A stretch of 64,000 nucleotides of DNA, taken from NCBI GenBank assembly GCA_964016885.1, contig OZ024743.1, positions 301,692,001-301,756,000 of the forward strand, written 5' to 3'. Source of the stretch: Eledone cirrhosa (Eukaryota). Of this stretch, positions 13,073 through 27,082 are shown in pieces. A model generated the notes under the pieces. It did no database searches and was not told the DNA's origin. It worked only from the letters and a program-made list of their open reading frames with translations. Both the position numbers and the translations under genes were made by a program. Position 1 is the first letter of the stretch; every line of letters begins with the position of its first letter.

Positions 13073-13361
13073 TATATACATATATGTTTTAACGGCTTGT
13101 AACTCTTTCATTCACTCATTCTCTAATACTTAGCCCTGCTAACCCAAGCATATAATTGTGTATACGCACATACACATATGTATACATACGCACAGTAGTA
13201 TGTATATACACACATACAAGCATACATACACATATGCACGTTTGGGTTTACCGAACATTCATTATAATGCTCGGTTTGTTTGTAAACAAACAGCCCGAAT
13301 TATCAGCTGTACAGTGTTCGTCAACCATCGTTGCTCTTTTGTTCAATACTGACAGAGGAAC

Positions 13362-13400
13362 AATGAACCAGTTTCTAGCTTATCAGCTGTCATCAGCACC
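13362..13400 (-). ncRNA. Minimal type-I hammerhead
   Basis: Minus strand reads ggtg-CTGATGA-cagc-tgataa-gcta-GAAA-ctgg-TT-catt. Confidence 0.6.
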
Positions 13401-14087
13401 GCACACCTTCCCGCCAGTCGATTCAACGTTTGAAAGTATATACTTTCCTAATTCATATAAACGGCTGAGCAACCCAATTTGCATATCCAGTGAGTTAGTC
13501 GGCCGGGTGCATCGAAAACGGCAAATGGAAAACATTAAATTTCATTTCTCACTCTTAGTACGGCTGATACTTAAATATAAGTATGTATACGCACATACAC
13601 ATATGTATACATACGCACTGTAGTATGTATATATACACACATACATGCACACATACACATATGCACGTGTCTTATTAGAAAAAGCACTCGACGTGATATA
13701 ACTCATCCATCTTTGATGTTGATTCTTGCTACTGTTTCGAGAAGGGAGTTAATTATTATTGAGAAAAATGACAGGAGGCCGGACAGGTGAAATGTCTTCA
13801 ATGATTTATTTCTGCAAACACTATGTATATTTCGGTGGTCCAATTACAGAACAGCATGTTGACATCACCGGGTGTGTATTGCATAACAGTTATATAAACA
13901 AAAGGAATAATGGTAAACACAGTCCAAGAGGCTATACGGTGAGAAAGCGGTCAACCAACCTGACAACAATTGGCCTTCTTGATCGCCTTCGAGTCCAAAT
14001 CTGTTTCTCCTTTTCTTATATGCTTTCTCTCATTATAGCCTCTTGGATTGTGTTTACCATTATTCCTTTATTATTTAATTACTATTC

Positions 14088-14153
14088 AACACACACCTGT
14101 TGATGTCACCATGATCTTACGTAACCTGGCCACCGAAATGTACATATTGTTTG
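14088..14153 (+). ncRNA. Degenerate minimal hammerhead
   Basis: CTGTTGA (one core change)-tgtcacca...tggccacc-GAAA-tgtaca-TA, with palindromic stem III ATGTACAT. Confidence 0.55.
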
Positions 14154-17100
14154 CTGAAATAAATCTTTGAAGGAATTTCACCAGCCCGGCGTCCTGCTAT
14201 TTTATTCACTAATATATATATATATTGCCTACTCTCCTTCGAACATCCAACATCAGTTTGGCACTGATCATTAAAGGTAGGAACTTTAAAATACTAATAT
14301 ATACAGGCACGTTATGGCCTGGCATGTAAAGCGTACGGATTGCTGGAACTAATTACGTACCTTCATAAAATCTGCACACTATTTGAATAGAAAAGACAAC
14401 GTCAATTATCGTGACAGCGGAAAACGGTGTAATCATTTTCCTTTCTTAAATAAGATCAGCTATGTCAGATAATGAAACCTTAAAGTCAATTTATATGTAT
14501 CTCAAACTTAATGTGCAAGACCTGACCATTTTAAGCATATACGTAGGTGGTCATTTTCGCATGGGTCTAAACAGCAATTATGCCGCGAAGATCAATTTAC
14601 ATAACACATTTCTTTTCACACCGTATCAGAGGAAGTCTTTTTATGTGATGCATGTAATAGCACATTAAGAGTGGAACTCACGTAATCAATGCATAGGGGT
14701 TTTGTAGAAACCATGACTAGCCATTTATTTAATGTCGAAGTTTTATTCACAGATGATAGGGAATTTAACACTATCTGCTTCAGACTTCTGTAATTTATGT
14801 GTACACCCTGGTAATGTTCGTAGTAATTAGTACTTGAAAGAAGATGTTAAATTAATATATTTGCTTCCGTTACAATAGCACTGCTGTTAAGGTGTGAATC
14901 GCTGACATTTTGTTTGGCATATATAATCATTAGAACTTTGCTGTGTCTTGCTATATATATTCAATAGTAAACAAAACGAAAATTGCAAAATCTAAAAAAA
15001 GTGATGCGAACGACATTTTTTAAAGAAACATATATTTAATTTCCTAAATATTTGCCAACATGGGTACGTACGATTATTTCCAATAATTTTGTGATAAACG
15101 AAATTATAGAAACCATCCAATTTCTACACAATTTTCTTTTTATATTATTTTTTAATGCATCTCGTAGGTACTTAAATCCTATCAGATTTAGTGATTATAC
15201 TCTGCATTCAATCATACAGTTCCATTCAAATAGACTTCATGAATGGGGGATGAGTAACAAAGGTGGAATTAATATTGATTCCACTATATAATCTGGATAT
15301 ATATTTCTTATATTTTATCCCATTCCCATTGAATATATGATCTATATATTTACATCAACTTCTTTTCAATTCGCACACCTACTTTATACATTCCACAATC
15401 CAGTTCTCTTAAATATATTTTTCAATGTGTATTAGATTACATCCGTTGTAAATTCAATAAGGATTGAAATAAGATAATATAGGTGCTTATTTTCTGTAAC
15501 ATCAATCATATATCCGCCTTTCAAATAACCAACTTCTATAACACTAAAATAAAGAAAATAAGTTAAAGAAACATGTAAGGAATTAATAGTATTAAATATG
15601 AATTGAAAATATGAGGAAAAAATATAGCTGATGTACTTCCATCTCCTTCGATAGATAAATAGATGTATATGTGTTTGGTTAGTGAGAGTGTGTGTATGTT
15701 TGAATGTGTGTATGCGTATATGTGTTAATTTAGCGGTATAAATTAAGGTAACAATACACGCAAATGTATAAACGTGTTCGTTTGTCTTATTTCCATTAGG
15801 AATGTTAGCAAACGTTCTACTATAACAATAAATATGAAAACAATAAAATACTATACGAAATATTTCCAGGGTGTTGCAATATTGGACAGCCTATTTGCTT
15901 CCAATTTCAATGAAAACGAAATAGAGTTATTTTCTGTGGATAAATAACAGAAAAGAATGTTAAACAAAATAGAATGAAATGAAAAGATAATCGATTATCA
16001 ATATTACATTTGGAATAATAAAATAACAATTAGATTATTAGAAGATTTTTTAGTACTTTTCGTTTTGTAAATAACTTAAAGAAAAGAAAGATAAATAATA
16101 AAATATAAAAAAATATCACGTAGGAAAATGTGTATAAGAATGGAATTGATTTTGTTTTCTTTTTCTTCCGTACAATATTGAATAACTGGTGATGGTAAGG
16201 TAACGAAATATGGCAGGGTTAATAAGATTTCTTCTTTTGCTGTCGAATAATAGTTTCACAAACAGTATGTGCAATTAACATTTAGTCTTCTGGGGTAAAA
16301 TTGGTTCAATTAATGTTTTTACGATATCACATATTGTGTGCGGATATTTGTATTTGCCTTCTATCAGGTAGTGGCGACTTATAAGAATTATTAGGTGCAG
16401 TGGGTTGAAAGAATTTACTTGGATAGCAGGAAATGGACCTCACGTAGATTTAGGTAGCTTTCAGCGAAAACCAAATATATGTACAGCCTCGTTTGTAAAT
16501 GAATACTGAGTGACAAATATTGTAAAACATCCAAGAAGAGAGACGCAACAACTCCACCCACACAGAGAGTGAGAAAAGCAAGCCGAATAAGATATAACAC
16601 ACTATGTGTGATATATTACACTATGTGTTATATATTACACTATGTGCATATATGCAGGCATATATATTAAATACGCAATCATATATTTCTTTACGCGTAT
16701 ATTAACATGTTATTTTAGCCTTAAGGCATGTCTTAATTGAAAATACGAGTTTATAATATTATATAATTTTTTGTTTTCGTCTTTCGTGGTTTCTCATAAG
16801 TTGTAAAGTTAGGTTCCTAAGTCCACATATTTATCTATTAAAATCCATTATATGTTTGTAATTATGCTTGAAATGAAACAAGCATTTGCGAATTATATAT
16901 TACGTTTATATGAATGTGCTCCACTCAGTTGTTCTCTTTCTCTCCATTTCTTAGTCTTTATTTCCGTCTTTCTCAAAGACGCTCACTCTGTCTACCTATA
17001 TATATCTATATATCTATATATATATACATTCATAGACATATACACAAATATAGGCGGAGAGAGATAGTGAAATTTGTTCACATTTTTTAATGGTTTAATT

Positions 17101-17288
17101 TGTTATTAATATTTTCCGCATGTTTCACAGATGTTCGGCTCAACGTCACCTTCGGAAATTATGGTCCGAGTGCAGCCTCGGACCGGGTGAAGCGACTGAA
17201 GATTCAATGGAATATATTTTTTGTTGAATCATAAGTCTTTGGAAAGGATCATTGCTGATTTATAAACAGCAGAGTAGAAACGACAGAA

Positions 17289-17334
17289 TCTACCGTCCGT
17301 CTATTTTACACTTGTAAAATAGACGGACGGTAGA
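17289..17334. repeat. Perfect palindrome, 22-bp arms and 2-nt loop
   Basis: tctaccgtccgtctattttaca-ct-tgtaaaatagacggacggtaga. Confidence 0.95.
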
Positions 17335-18289
17335 AACAGTAATCAATACAGAAATATAATTCAACTATTCACTCTTCATGACTTAGTGGTGGGTATTGTT
17401 ACTATTGAGTTTCTGCTGTGCACTCATATATCTTATGTTTCTAGGTATTATTCTAGCATAGTGTTTGAAATCTAAAATTGTAAGCAACGGTTTTAGAAAT
17501 TACTAAAATATGTATGTTGGCTCTGGATGTCAGGAGAATGAAGGGCTGAACCAGACTTAAAATGCTAATGAATGGACGTATGTGAATAGGGCGCCCCTAC
17601 AGTTCTGTCAAGATTTACGCGACCATACATACATGCTCGTTTTCCTTCTACTGAAAGCCTTGATCTACATACTCACATACACACCCACGTATATAAGCAC
17701 ACACACACGCACCTCTCTATATACATGCTTGCATGTGTGAGAAAGTGTTTTAATGCGTGATTGTATGTTTTTCTGTGTACGTATGTTTGTATAACATTGT
17801 TAAATTGCATAACGTTTTCTTAGTGTGGTTCAAAGACCACAAAATGAACGGCACAATTCCTGCACGGTACAAGCAATTATGTATCAGGAATTAGAGTTTG
17901 ATTATAATAGCCTAGCTTTTATACAAATGTAGATGTACGAGGTTAGTAAGATAAAGAAAATGGAGGATTTTAATTTCCACTTAATTGCCATTAATAAGTT
18001 GAATTATATCTATTCATTATAATCTGAGCTTTAATTCTATCAATTTTCCATTAACATCTAATTTCACATCACACATATCATTAGAAACATAAATAAAATA
18101 TACAGGCCTTTATATGTAGGAACTATCCTCTTAATACATAAATCATTATAATAAATATCTATATCTGAATGATTAAATACTGGAAATAAAGCGGATTTCT
18201 TGCCAATATTTTATTTTCATATTGCTCCTGCTTAAAAATATTGTAATACAAATAAAAAATACTAAATAAGTACATCATTCTTGAATATT

Positions 18290-18361
<72 letters not shown>

Positions 18362-18581
18362 ACAGACACACACACACATTACTTATTCTCGCCGAAAACA
18401 AGGACAGCTGTTTCTCGCTCTTTAGCGTTCATCAAAACCACTCACTCCCACCCTTGCTTCTGCCGAGATATATAGAAGCTGAATTATTATAGAATTCCAG
18501 TATTATTTAAGAGCTGATTAAACAGAGCGGTACCGGTCCAGCAAAAATTAGTTAAAGGGAGCATATATATATATATATATA

Positions 18582-18798
<217 letters not shown>

Positions 18799-18808
18799 AT
18801 ATGTATAT

Positions 18809-18928
<120 letters not shown>

Positions 18929-18934
18929 ATATAT

Positions 18935-19044
<110 letters not shown>

Positions 19045-19152
19045 ATAAATAAATAAATAAACATATATAAATACACGCATATACACACACCACACACACA
19101 CATATATATGTGAGCGTCTGTGTGTGTGTGTGTTTGTGTGCGTATCAACATG

Positions 19153-19215
19153 TAATATAGAAATGGCATCTATACGACTAGAACTGTTTCATTCGTATGA
19201 AATCATCAGAAATCT
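19153..19215 (-). ncRNA. Hammerhead-like motif, family E (same family as 53878-54005)
   Basis: Minus strand reads CTGATGA-tttc-atac-gaat-GAAA-cagttctagtc. Stem II is retained and its loop differs from the 53945 copy (taaa). Confidence 0.6.
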
Positions 19216-19682
19216 TAACACAACCAAATATGTTTACATTTTATAACTATATGTGTATTACAAGGATTGTTTTTACACTCAAAATGTGTATATTTTATCA
19301 AGTTTCTGAGCAACGTTTAAATTAGTTGTTAATGGAAATTTGATGGATTCAATTCACAGTTTATAATGGTTATATATATCTCAACATATTCTTAAATGGA
19401 AATTCATTTTGTTTGTCTTAGTATCCTATTCCTAACTTCGCTTTTCTACATACGTATCAACCAAATGATATTTTAATGAAACGTTCTTACCTGATAGGAT
19501 ACGAATGTTTGAATGGAATGAGCCGTTCATTCCATCGTCTTTGAACCATGTCAAATTGATGAATTAATAAGAATGAAACAGTCTTAGTTCTGTAGAAGCA
19601 TTTTTGCTGTTCACAATCTACTAATATTTAATAACTTATTCAATCAAATTTCCACATATTTAAATCGGGAGCGCTCTCTCTC

Positions 19683-19785
<103 letters not shown>

Positions 19786-21584
19786 GTGTGTGTGTGTGTG
19801 TGTTTCTGCTATGTGTACATTATACATATTTACTTAGTAATCGACTATTATAATAAAGATTACAGTTATGACGACGACATTCTCTTATTGTTACATATGT
19901 CCAACGGGTATTCACATTGCTATGTTCACAATTAAAATACCCTGTGGTTACAACATTTGCTTGTCATACGGACGAAGCGATGTTAGATTCCAAGCAGACC
20001 ACACATCCACAATGATGTTGTCTCTGAGGTATTTAGTATAGAAAATATATACACATGTCGGTCAAAGGAATGCATAGGTGTTGTATGTCATATACATTTT
20101 TGGAATAAGTCTATTTTCCTATATATCTATTTGAATGTAACATGTTTAATGTGGTATGGATGTGGGTAAGATGACACGTTAGTCTATTATGAGCAGTTGA
20201 ATTTATGTCTTTGTTTTCATAGATATCAATACATACAGAGAAAGATGGTTAGAGATATTACCATATATTGCTTTATTTTATGAAGATGTCCAGTGGAAAC
20301 TTAGCTGTGCTGTCTTTAAGCATCTTTAGGAAAAGTGATATTGAAGGTACCATGTTTAATCATATTTGAATTCTACAAAATTAGGACAACTTTTTTCGTG
20401 CATGCAATCTTGGAAAGATTTAGCATAACATGTTTTAAGTTGATACATTAGATTATTGAAATGAGAATATGTTATGGATAGAAGGGGGTGGGGGAAAAGA
20501 GTTTAGATATAGGTCGTCAGTGGGAGATTTAACGCGGCCAATTCTCTGTCACAATTGGATCATTCAGTCTCAGAAACAATCATACCTATCATGCTGACGG
20601 ATAAACATTTTCCTACTTGACGGGTTGGGGAATCAGTTACTTCAGTGCCCACATACTACGATATCATCTACGTTGCTTTGATTGGAACCCCGAAAGACAA
20701 ATCCTTAAAGCAGGAAACCAAAGTATGAAAAATATACCTGGCTTTGATTAAATGTTTGCACTCGTACTGGTTGGATTCGAAACCACCGTCAGCTTTGGAT
20801 AACGAACAACTATTTTCCCCCGGAAAAAAACGGCAGGAGTTCAGCCCGTCAATGACCGAAGCAACGTTAGTTAGAATGGCTAATGCAGGGGTATCGATAG
20901 CTGTTCAAGAGCCAATGATTTGCTCATGTTGAGATGTGGCATCCGAGCAAAGGAGTAAATTATTCTCTCTTTCTTCAATCCTTCCTTCAAAGTTTCATTT
21001 AAATTCCTACTATAGCTTATTTTCTATCTTTTCACTTATCCTGCTTATTATTTAACATTTCCAATAATATCATTGTTGTATACTTCTTTCTGTTCGCTAA
21101 TAATTTCAGTATCTTCGGACACTGAACAAGCAATTTGTCATTAATTATTTGCGAGCTCTCGTGTTGTGAGATAATGAATAAATCAACCGTATATACTTAC
21201 TATATTTCTAGAGTCGGCTCTGTAGAAAGCATAAAAGGAACCAACGGAAACGCACATATATATACACAAGCACAGCGGCACCCAAATACACACACGCACA
21301 CACACGGGCATACATATAAGCGGAAATAACTCGGAACAACGAAGCAAACAATACAGTATATTGATGAAACTTATTAGCTTCATGATTGATATAACGAGAA
21401 CATAATCTTAACGTTTTAAACTCTTGTCCTTTACCAGACGAGAAAAAAGAAACATGTAAGACAAGTCTTACATTTCCTGTGCTCTAACCGGCATTCGGAT
21501 ACAAAGAGAAGTATTTTCACCCCCTTTGCATGCATACATATTAAACACTTACACACATAAATACATCCATCCAACCATACATAC

Positions 21585-21917
21585 ATGGTGGCTGCCAACT
21601 CGTTTTCGAGTACGGCCACTACTTTATATCCATGTAGGAGAACCCCTACCGATGCGCTGAACGAGTGTGACTTTTTAGTCCAGCCAGCGACTTGAAAACT
21701 CTGGTACAAACACTACACTTGTGACACTTATTGACACATAGTGCAAGGCCCATGGTGCCATGTGACGACAAGTGCAGAGAGATTTCCAGATATAAAGCAA
21801 TGCCTGTGCCGTGAAGCTTTTATAGTGAGCAAAGGCACTGCACAAAGCCAGTCTCACTCTCTTAACCAAGATGATATTTACCAAAAAGAAAAACAAGTCA
21901 ACATCATTGGATACCAT
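21585..21917 (-). repeat. Second copy of the 8860-9190 repeat, flanked by (CATA)n
   Basis: Direct sequence similarity over ~330 bp. Confidence 0.8.
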
Positions 21918-23032
21918 ACATACATGCATACATACATACATAAATACATACATATATAAATACATAATGCTATCCTTTCCAATTTCTTTCATGTAGGTGA
22001 CACGAACATGGATTTTTGCCCAGCCAAGGAGTTAGATTCCTTTCTGCATATACTGCTGCGAAAAAAAAAAAAGAAAATGCCATGGTCAAACAAAACACGT
22101 GAAGGTCATTTAAAACATGTGATGCCTGTTCTTGAAGCACTTTTTTAATGTGTAAAAACGATTTAGACTGGTCCAATCCAACTCCCAGTAAAACAGAAAC
22201 AATTATAAAATAAAAACAAGAGGTCAACCTCATTTGCTGCTATCGTCTTGCAAGTTTCACCTCAGGGCTTTACTTTTCACAGTATGATGTCATAAGAATT
22301 AATAACCACTCATTCTGAGTTGTCTAACTGCGCACTCGGGCATACATAGATGCTTACATACATACGTAAATACATACATAGATGTGTGCATACCTGCATA
22401 CATACGTAACGTAAACATGCATTGTGTACAGTAGCCGACAATTTGTTCAAAATTCACACAATTATTATCATGCAATTCGGATGAATAAATGATATTCATG
22501 AAAACTTTGTTAGGGATATATTTTAGAAAAATAAATAAACAAAAACAACGATAACTTCATGAGAGCAAATACAATACAATTACCAACGAAAGTAAAATAA
22601 TTATCTGCTATAGTAAGCCATAAACGACACATAGCTTTTACCCTTCTGCAGCATAGGGAAGCCAAGTTTTGTCAACATGTGCTGTCGGATTACGTTTCCG
22701 TCAACTATGCATTTTGAGAGTGTTTCGCGTGGGTTCTAACTAGAGTGGAGATTATTAATTGAAAATCTGATACATTCTATGATTTGGAGCTACTACATCG
22801 TCTCTAACGCATGCTTATACACAACAAATGTGAAGGACAATGCATTATGTGGCAAAAAACATTAAGCCTATAAACCATATATATAAAAGGAATAAATTGG
22901 AGAGAGACAGAAGTAAATACGTGAAAGAAAAGGTGAAATAATGCATATGTATGCCTGTACATATATACATATACATACACACACGCACACGCCCACACAT
23001 AAACACACCCATATATATATATATATATATAA

Positions 23033-23244
23033 TCAATCGACTTTCGTCAAATCGGACCGAGGAAACAATGTTTCCGTTGGTCTTTCCAGTTGCTAGTACT
23101 ATCTATCGGTCGCAACTCCAGGTAGAAGGAGCAACGTGAAATAAAGTGTCTTGCTCAAGGACATAACGCATCGCCTGGTCCAGGAATCGAACTCACAACC
23201 TCAAGATTGTGAATCCAATTTTCTAACCACTCAGCCACACGCCT
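23033..23244 (-). mobile_element. CORE-type tRNA-derived SINE
   Basis: Minus strand has A-box tggctgagtgg, B-box gagttcgattcc, then CORE-like tgtccttgagcaagacacttt. Confidence 0.8.
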
Positions 23245-24829
23245 TCACTATATATAAATATTTATACATGCATGTATATATGTGTGTGTCTGTGTGTCTG
23301 TGTATATAAATATATAGAGTCAGAGAGATATAATGAGGGAGATGGCGTATTGGTATAGTTAGATATATAAGTCCATTTATTCCGTCGGTTTAAACCGTGT
23401 TGTATGTTAATCCTAATTTAATGAATATATAATATTAGACTTCAGTAACATCAGCTTCTCTAATTGATGTATGAATAGCGTTCGCGAACTAACTAGAAAA
23501 AAATACATGATACAATATTTATTTAACATGTTATTTTTGTTCAGTTCATTCTGAGAATTATTTTTAAAATCTTCATACCCGAACCCAAACTATGAATGTT
23601 TACCTCTAACATGTATTGGCAATGGTATTTATACTGTGTACAAAAATATGATTTTATTATTCGGGTATATAATTATATATGGTGTAATTAGGTTATCACA
23701 TTTTCCACTTTTAAATGCATATATTGAGATAGGAATTTTTTTTTGAATTCCACATCATCACTTCATTTTGATGGGTTCGATCTACAGTTTTCATCAATGT
23801 CCATATGTTTTGCCTGTTGCATATTGTATGATTTGCATTCAAAACATTATCTATATCTCTTCTAATCATAATAACTCTCTCATCAATTAAGAAGCTATCG
23901 CTCTTTTATTTAAAAAGAAACATAAGTTGTTTAAGTGCCAATAGTTACGTGTTTTTTGTGTTAGATTCTCCTTGAATATCATAAAGCAAACATACGACAT
24001 GGTACATCAATTAGCTTGGATCATAAAGTTTTACTCTCTTTGGAATTATTCAATTAGTTATAATTGAATGTGTTCATCTAACAGCGTGAATCGAAAGATT
24101 TTGTTTCCAAATGGGTGAGATATGTTCAATAAAACAACTAGAAACAGGAGTGATAGGATATAGCATCACTCCATTTTATGATTAGCACATGGAATTTATC
24201 TTACCATTAATTTTAACATAATGTATATGGAAAAGTTCATTCAATAAGCGGAGAATATATATCAGGTAGTTAAATTTTATGTTAAAGAAGATCACTTTTG
24301 ATTGGAGATGTATTGATAAAATACTCATAAATCAAGTCCTATGGAATTACCGCTTCGGAGCAGGTGTGTGAAAGATATTATGTTTCATGAGATAGTGGGG
24401 CGATGACCGCATATCTTATTAATATACTGACTTTGTCACGTACAACGGTGAACAGTGAAAGCGTATTAGTCAAAGCCCGATGCAGGATACTAATTCTTTG
24501 TGGTTCTCTGCTAAAATATTTGGTATAGGACATGCACAATTTGATATATTGTATTAAGAAAAACACATCTATTTTCAATTATAATATACATGCAGGAGAA
24601 GACAGATGTAGATGGTACGCATTCCTCTACCATCTAGATTACACATGTCACGGGTTTGATGGAATATTTTCCATCATACTACAATCGAAATACATATTAG
24701 GGACCACGACTGGGGTCGATGTAAATGAGTCAGAGCTAGGTTACATAGTATGGACGGATCTGACAATTTGTTAACAATTACCGTGGGATTTATTAGAGAG
24801 AGTTGTGGTCATTTCACTTTCGAATATTT

Positions 24830-25081
24830 CCACTGGTTAGAATGTCCCAGGAAAGAATCGAGGGAGAGATTTTAGGGGAAAAAACAACCGGCAAAAGACC
24901 GAGGGGTAGACACCGATCAAGATGGTTAAATAACATCCCTGAGCTTGTCTGGTCTTCTTTGGGTATCCAGCCAGATCAGTTGGAGATGGTTGTTTCTGAC
25001 TGGACAATGTGGGAGCTGTGTTTGATGGTCCTGTTCCCACGAAGAAGAAGAAGAAGAAGAAGAAGAAGAAGAAGAAGAAGA
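24830..25081 (+). mobile_element. RTE-clade LINE 3' end with (GAA)n tail
   Basis: LVRMSQERI...GKRPRGRHRSRWLNNI...W motif followed by a (GAA)n tract. Confidence 0.8.
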
Positions 25082-26367
25082 TATTTGCCTTCGTCTTTTT
25101 CGAAGAGATGAGCAATGTATTATACAGTTCAAAATGTTTATGCTTTGACCAGAACGAACTCTCGTTCTGGATAGAGCAACCCCCCCCCCCACAAAATGAC
25201 AAACAAAACTCAATTATAATCAAAATCCACGGTAACAAAGAAACAAAAACGAAACATTAGAGTCATTTCCCAAATAATTGTGGATTAAGCGAATTTGTTA
25301 GCAACGACATTTAAAAATTTCGGTAACTGCCTTCAAACATTCCAGCGACACTTGCTTTTCCCCCACAGTGATACTCGTTATAATCTTGTACTTTAATCCT
25401 CAATAAGAACATTCGAATACATGGGAAGAATATGTGATTATATAAAATAGCATTCGTAATAGCGTAGGCATGCATGTATTTTAATGGAAAGGAAAGAGGT
25501 ATACGAAAATATATTACTCCACTGGACGGCGTTTGGCTTGTGTTACACGTTGTGTCTCCATGTGTACTAGCAGTACCATTGATACGCAACGTTGGGAGAG
25601 CGATGAGTTCTGTGTCTTTTGATTGCATTTTTATTTAAAAAAAACAAACTTTTTTTAAGGTTCACCTGTAAGTTAATGTTCTCCTCTATGTTAAATTTGT
25701 TGACTCTATCATTAATGATATGTTATGAATGTCTTTCCCATCTCCCCACTTAATTCAAATGGCACACCATTTCTAACACGATATCTTACCTCTTTCTTAT
25801 TGCTTTTCTCTTCCTTTTCTTCTTCTTTTTTCATCTCTTTCATTCCTGAGACTTTACGGCTATAAGAACCCATCTTCCATAACGACACATAAATTCTATG
25901 TGCACTTGTTGCAGTTTAATTGCTATAAATTTTGTTTTCTATTTCGGTTTTTACTCCGCTAGACAGCGTTTGGCTTGTGCCAAATGCTTTGACCAAGGGT
26001 ATACTGCAAACATCCACTTCAATGGTCGATGGCCCTGGTGTCTGTGGCTTTTTGAAAACCCTTTTTGTATGTTCCCCTTCAAAAATTGTTTTCCATTTTG
26101 CCTTGTTTTCGTTCATTGTCTTGTCCTCTGTTAATTCTCCTAAATTTATCATATATATACGAAGTACGTGAAAAATTCTATTTAGAGCCACACCATGTTT
26201 TACATATAACGAACTAATTTAAGAAAACGCCAAAATGATAGGAAACACTCACAATGATTTGAACAGTCCATAATCTAGGACACCTGTTCGAAATAAACTG
26301 CAAAAGTGATAACAAATCATGAGTGGTGGTGGATTACAATGCATAGTTACAATTCATAGTACAATCC

Positions 26368-27082
26368 ATTATTGCACTGGTAGCACAGCTGTATAGAGCT
26401 ATGAGAACAGTTATTATTGCACTAGTAGCACAGCTGTGTAGAGCTATGAGAACAGTTATTATTGCACTGGTAGCACAGCTGTGTAGAGCTATGAGAACAG
26501 TTATTATTGCACTGGTAGCACAGCTGTGTAGAGCTATGATAACAGTTATTATTGCACAGGTAGCATAGTTGTGTCGAGCTATGAGAACAGTTATTATTGC
26601 ACTGGTAGCATAGTTGTGTAGGGCTATGAGAACAAATATTATTGCACTGGTAGCACAGCTGTGTCGAGCTATGAGAACAGTTATTATTGCACTGGTAGCA
26701 CACCTGTGTAGCGCTATGATAACAGTTATTATTGCACTGGTAGCACAGTTGTGTAGGGCTATTGGAACAGTTATTATTGCACTGGTAGCACAGTTGTGTA
26801 GGGCTATGAGAACAGTTATTATTGCACTGGTAGCACACCTGTGTAGCGCTATGATAACAGTTATTATTGCACTGGTAGCACAGCTGTGTAGAGCTATTGG
26901 AACAGTTATTATTGCACTAGTAGCACAGTTTTGTAGGGCTATGAGAACAGTTATTATTGCACTGGTAGCACAGCTCTGTAGAGCTATGATAACAGTTGTT
27001 ATTGCACTGGTACAACAGCTGTGTAGAGCTATGATAACAGTTATTATTGCACTGGTAGCACAGCTGTGTAGAGCTATGAGAA
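26368..27082. repeat. 45-bp minisatellite, ~16 copies
   Basis: Unit ttattattgcactggtagcacagctgtgtagagctatgagaacag repeated head-to-tail, giving a 15-aa periodicity in the ORF track. Confidence 0.97.

Larger units (their letters stand above)
11220..13150 (+). mobile_element. Decayed PLE linker, GIY-YIG and 3' UTR, interrupted by a SINE
   Basis: YQNIINKNNVKICHSTTPNL (11226), CKCRNHTNCRLQGDCLIRNVVY (11700-11765), LYIGATSGE (~12096), IVNQATPY (~12245), ending with the HHR at 13033. Confidence 0.8.

Noticed and set aside
16598-16650. 19-bp triplicated motif acactatgtg..atatatt
   Set aside because: Ordinary small tandem duplication with no further structure.
23165-23244. tRNA gene
   Set aside because: A and B boxes are present but run into a CORE-SINE body with no convincing cloverleaf.
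25009-25260. Poly-Lys, poly-Arg or poly-Ser proteins
   Set aside because: These are translations of the (GAA)n tail of an RTE fragment.
26368-27082. CRISPR-like regular array
   Set aside because: Units are contiguous with no unique spacers, there are no cas genes and the context is eukaryotic.
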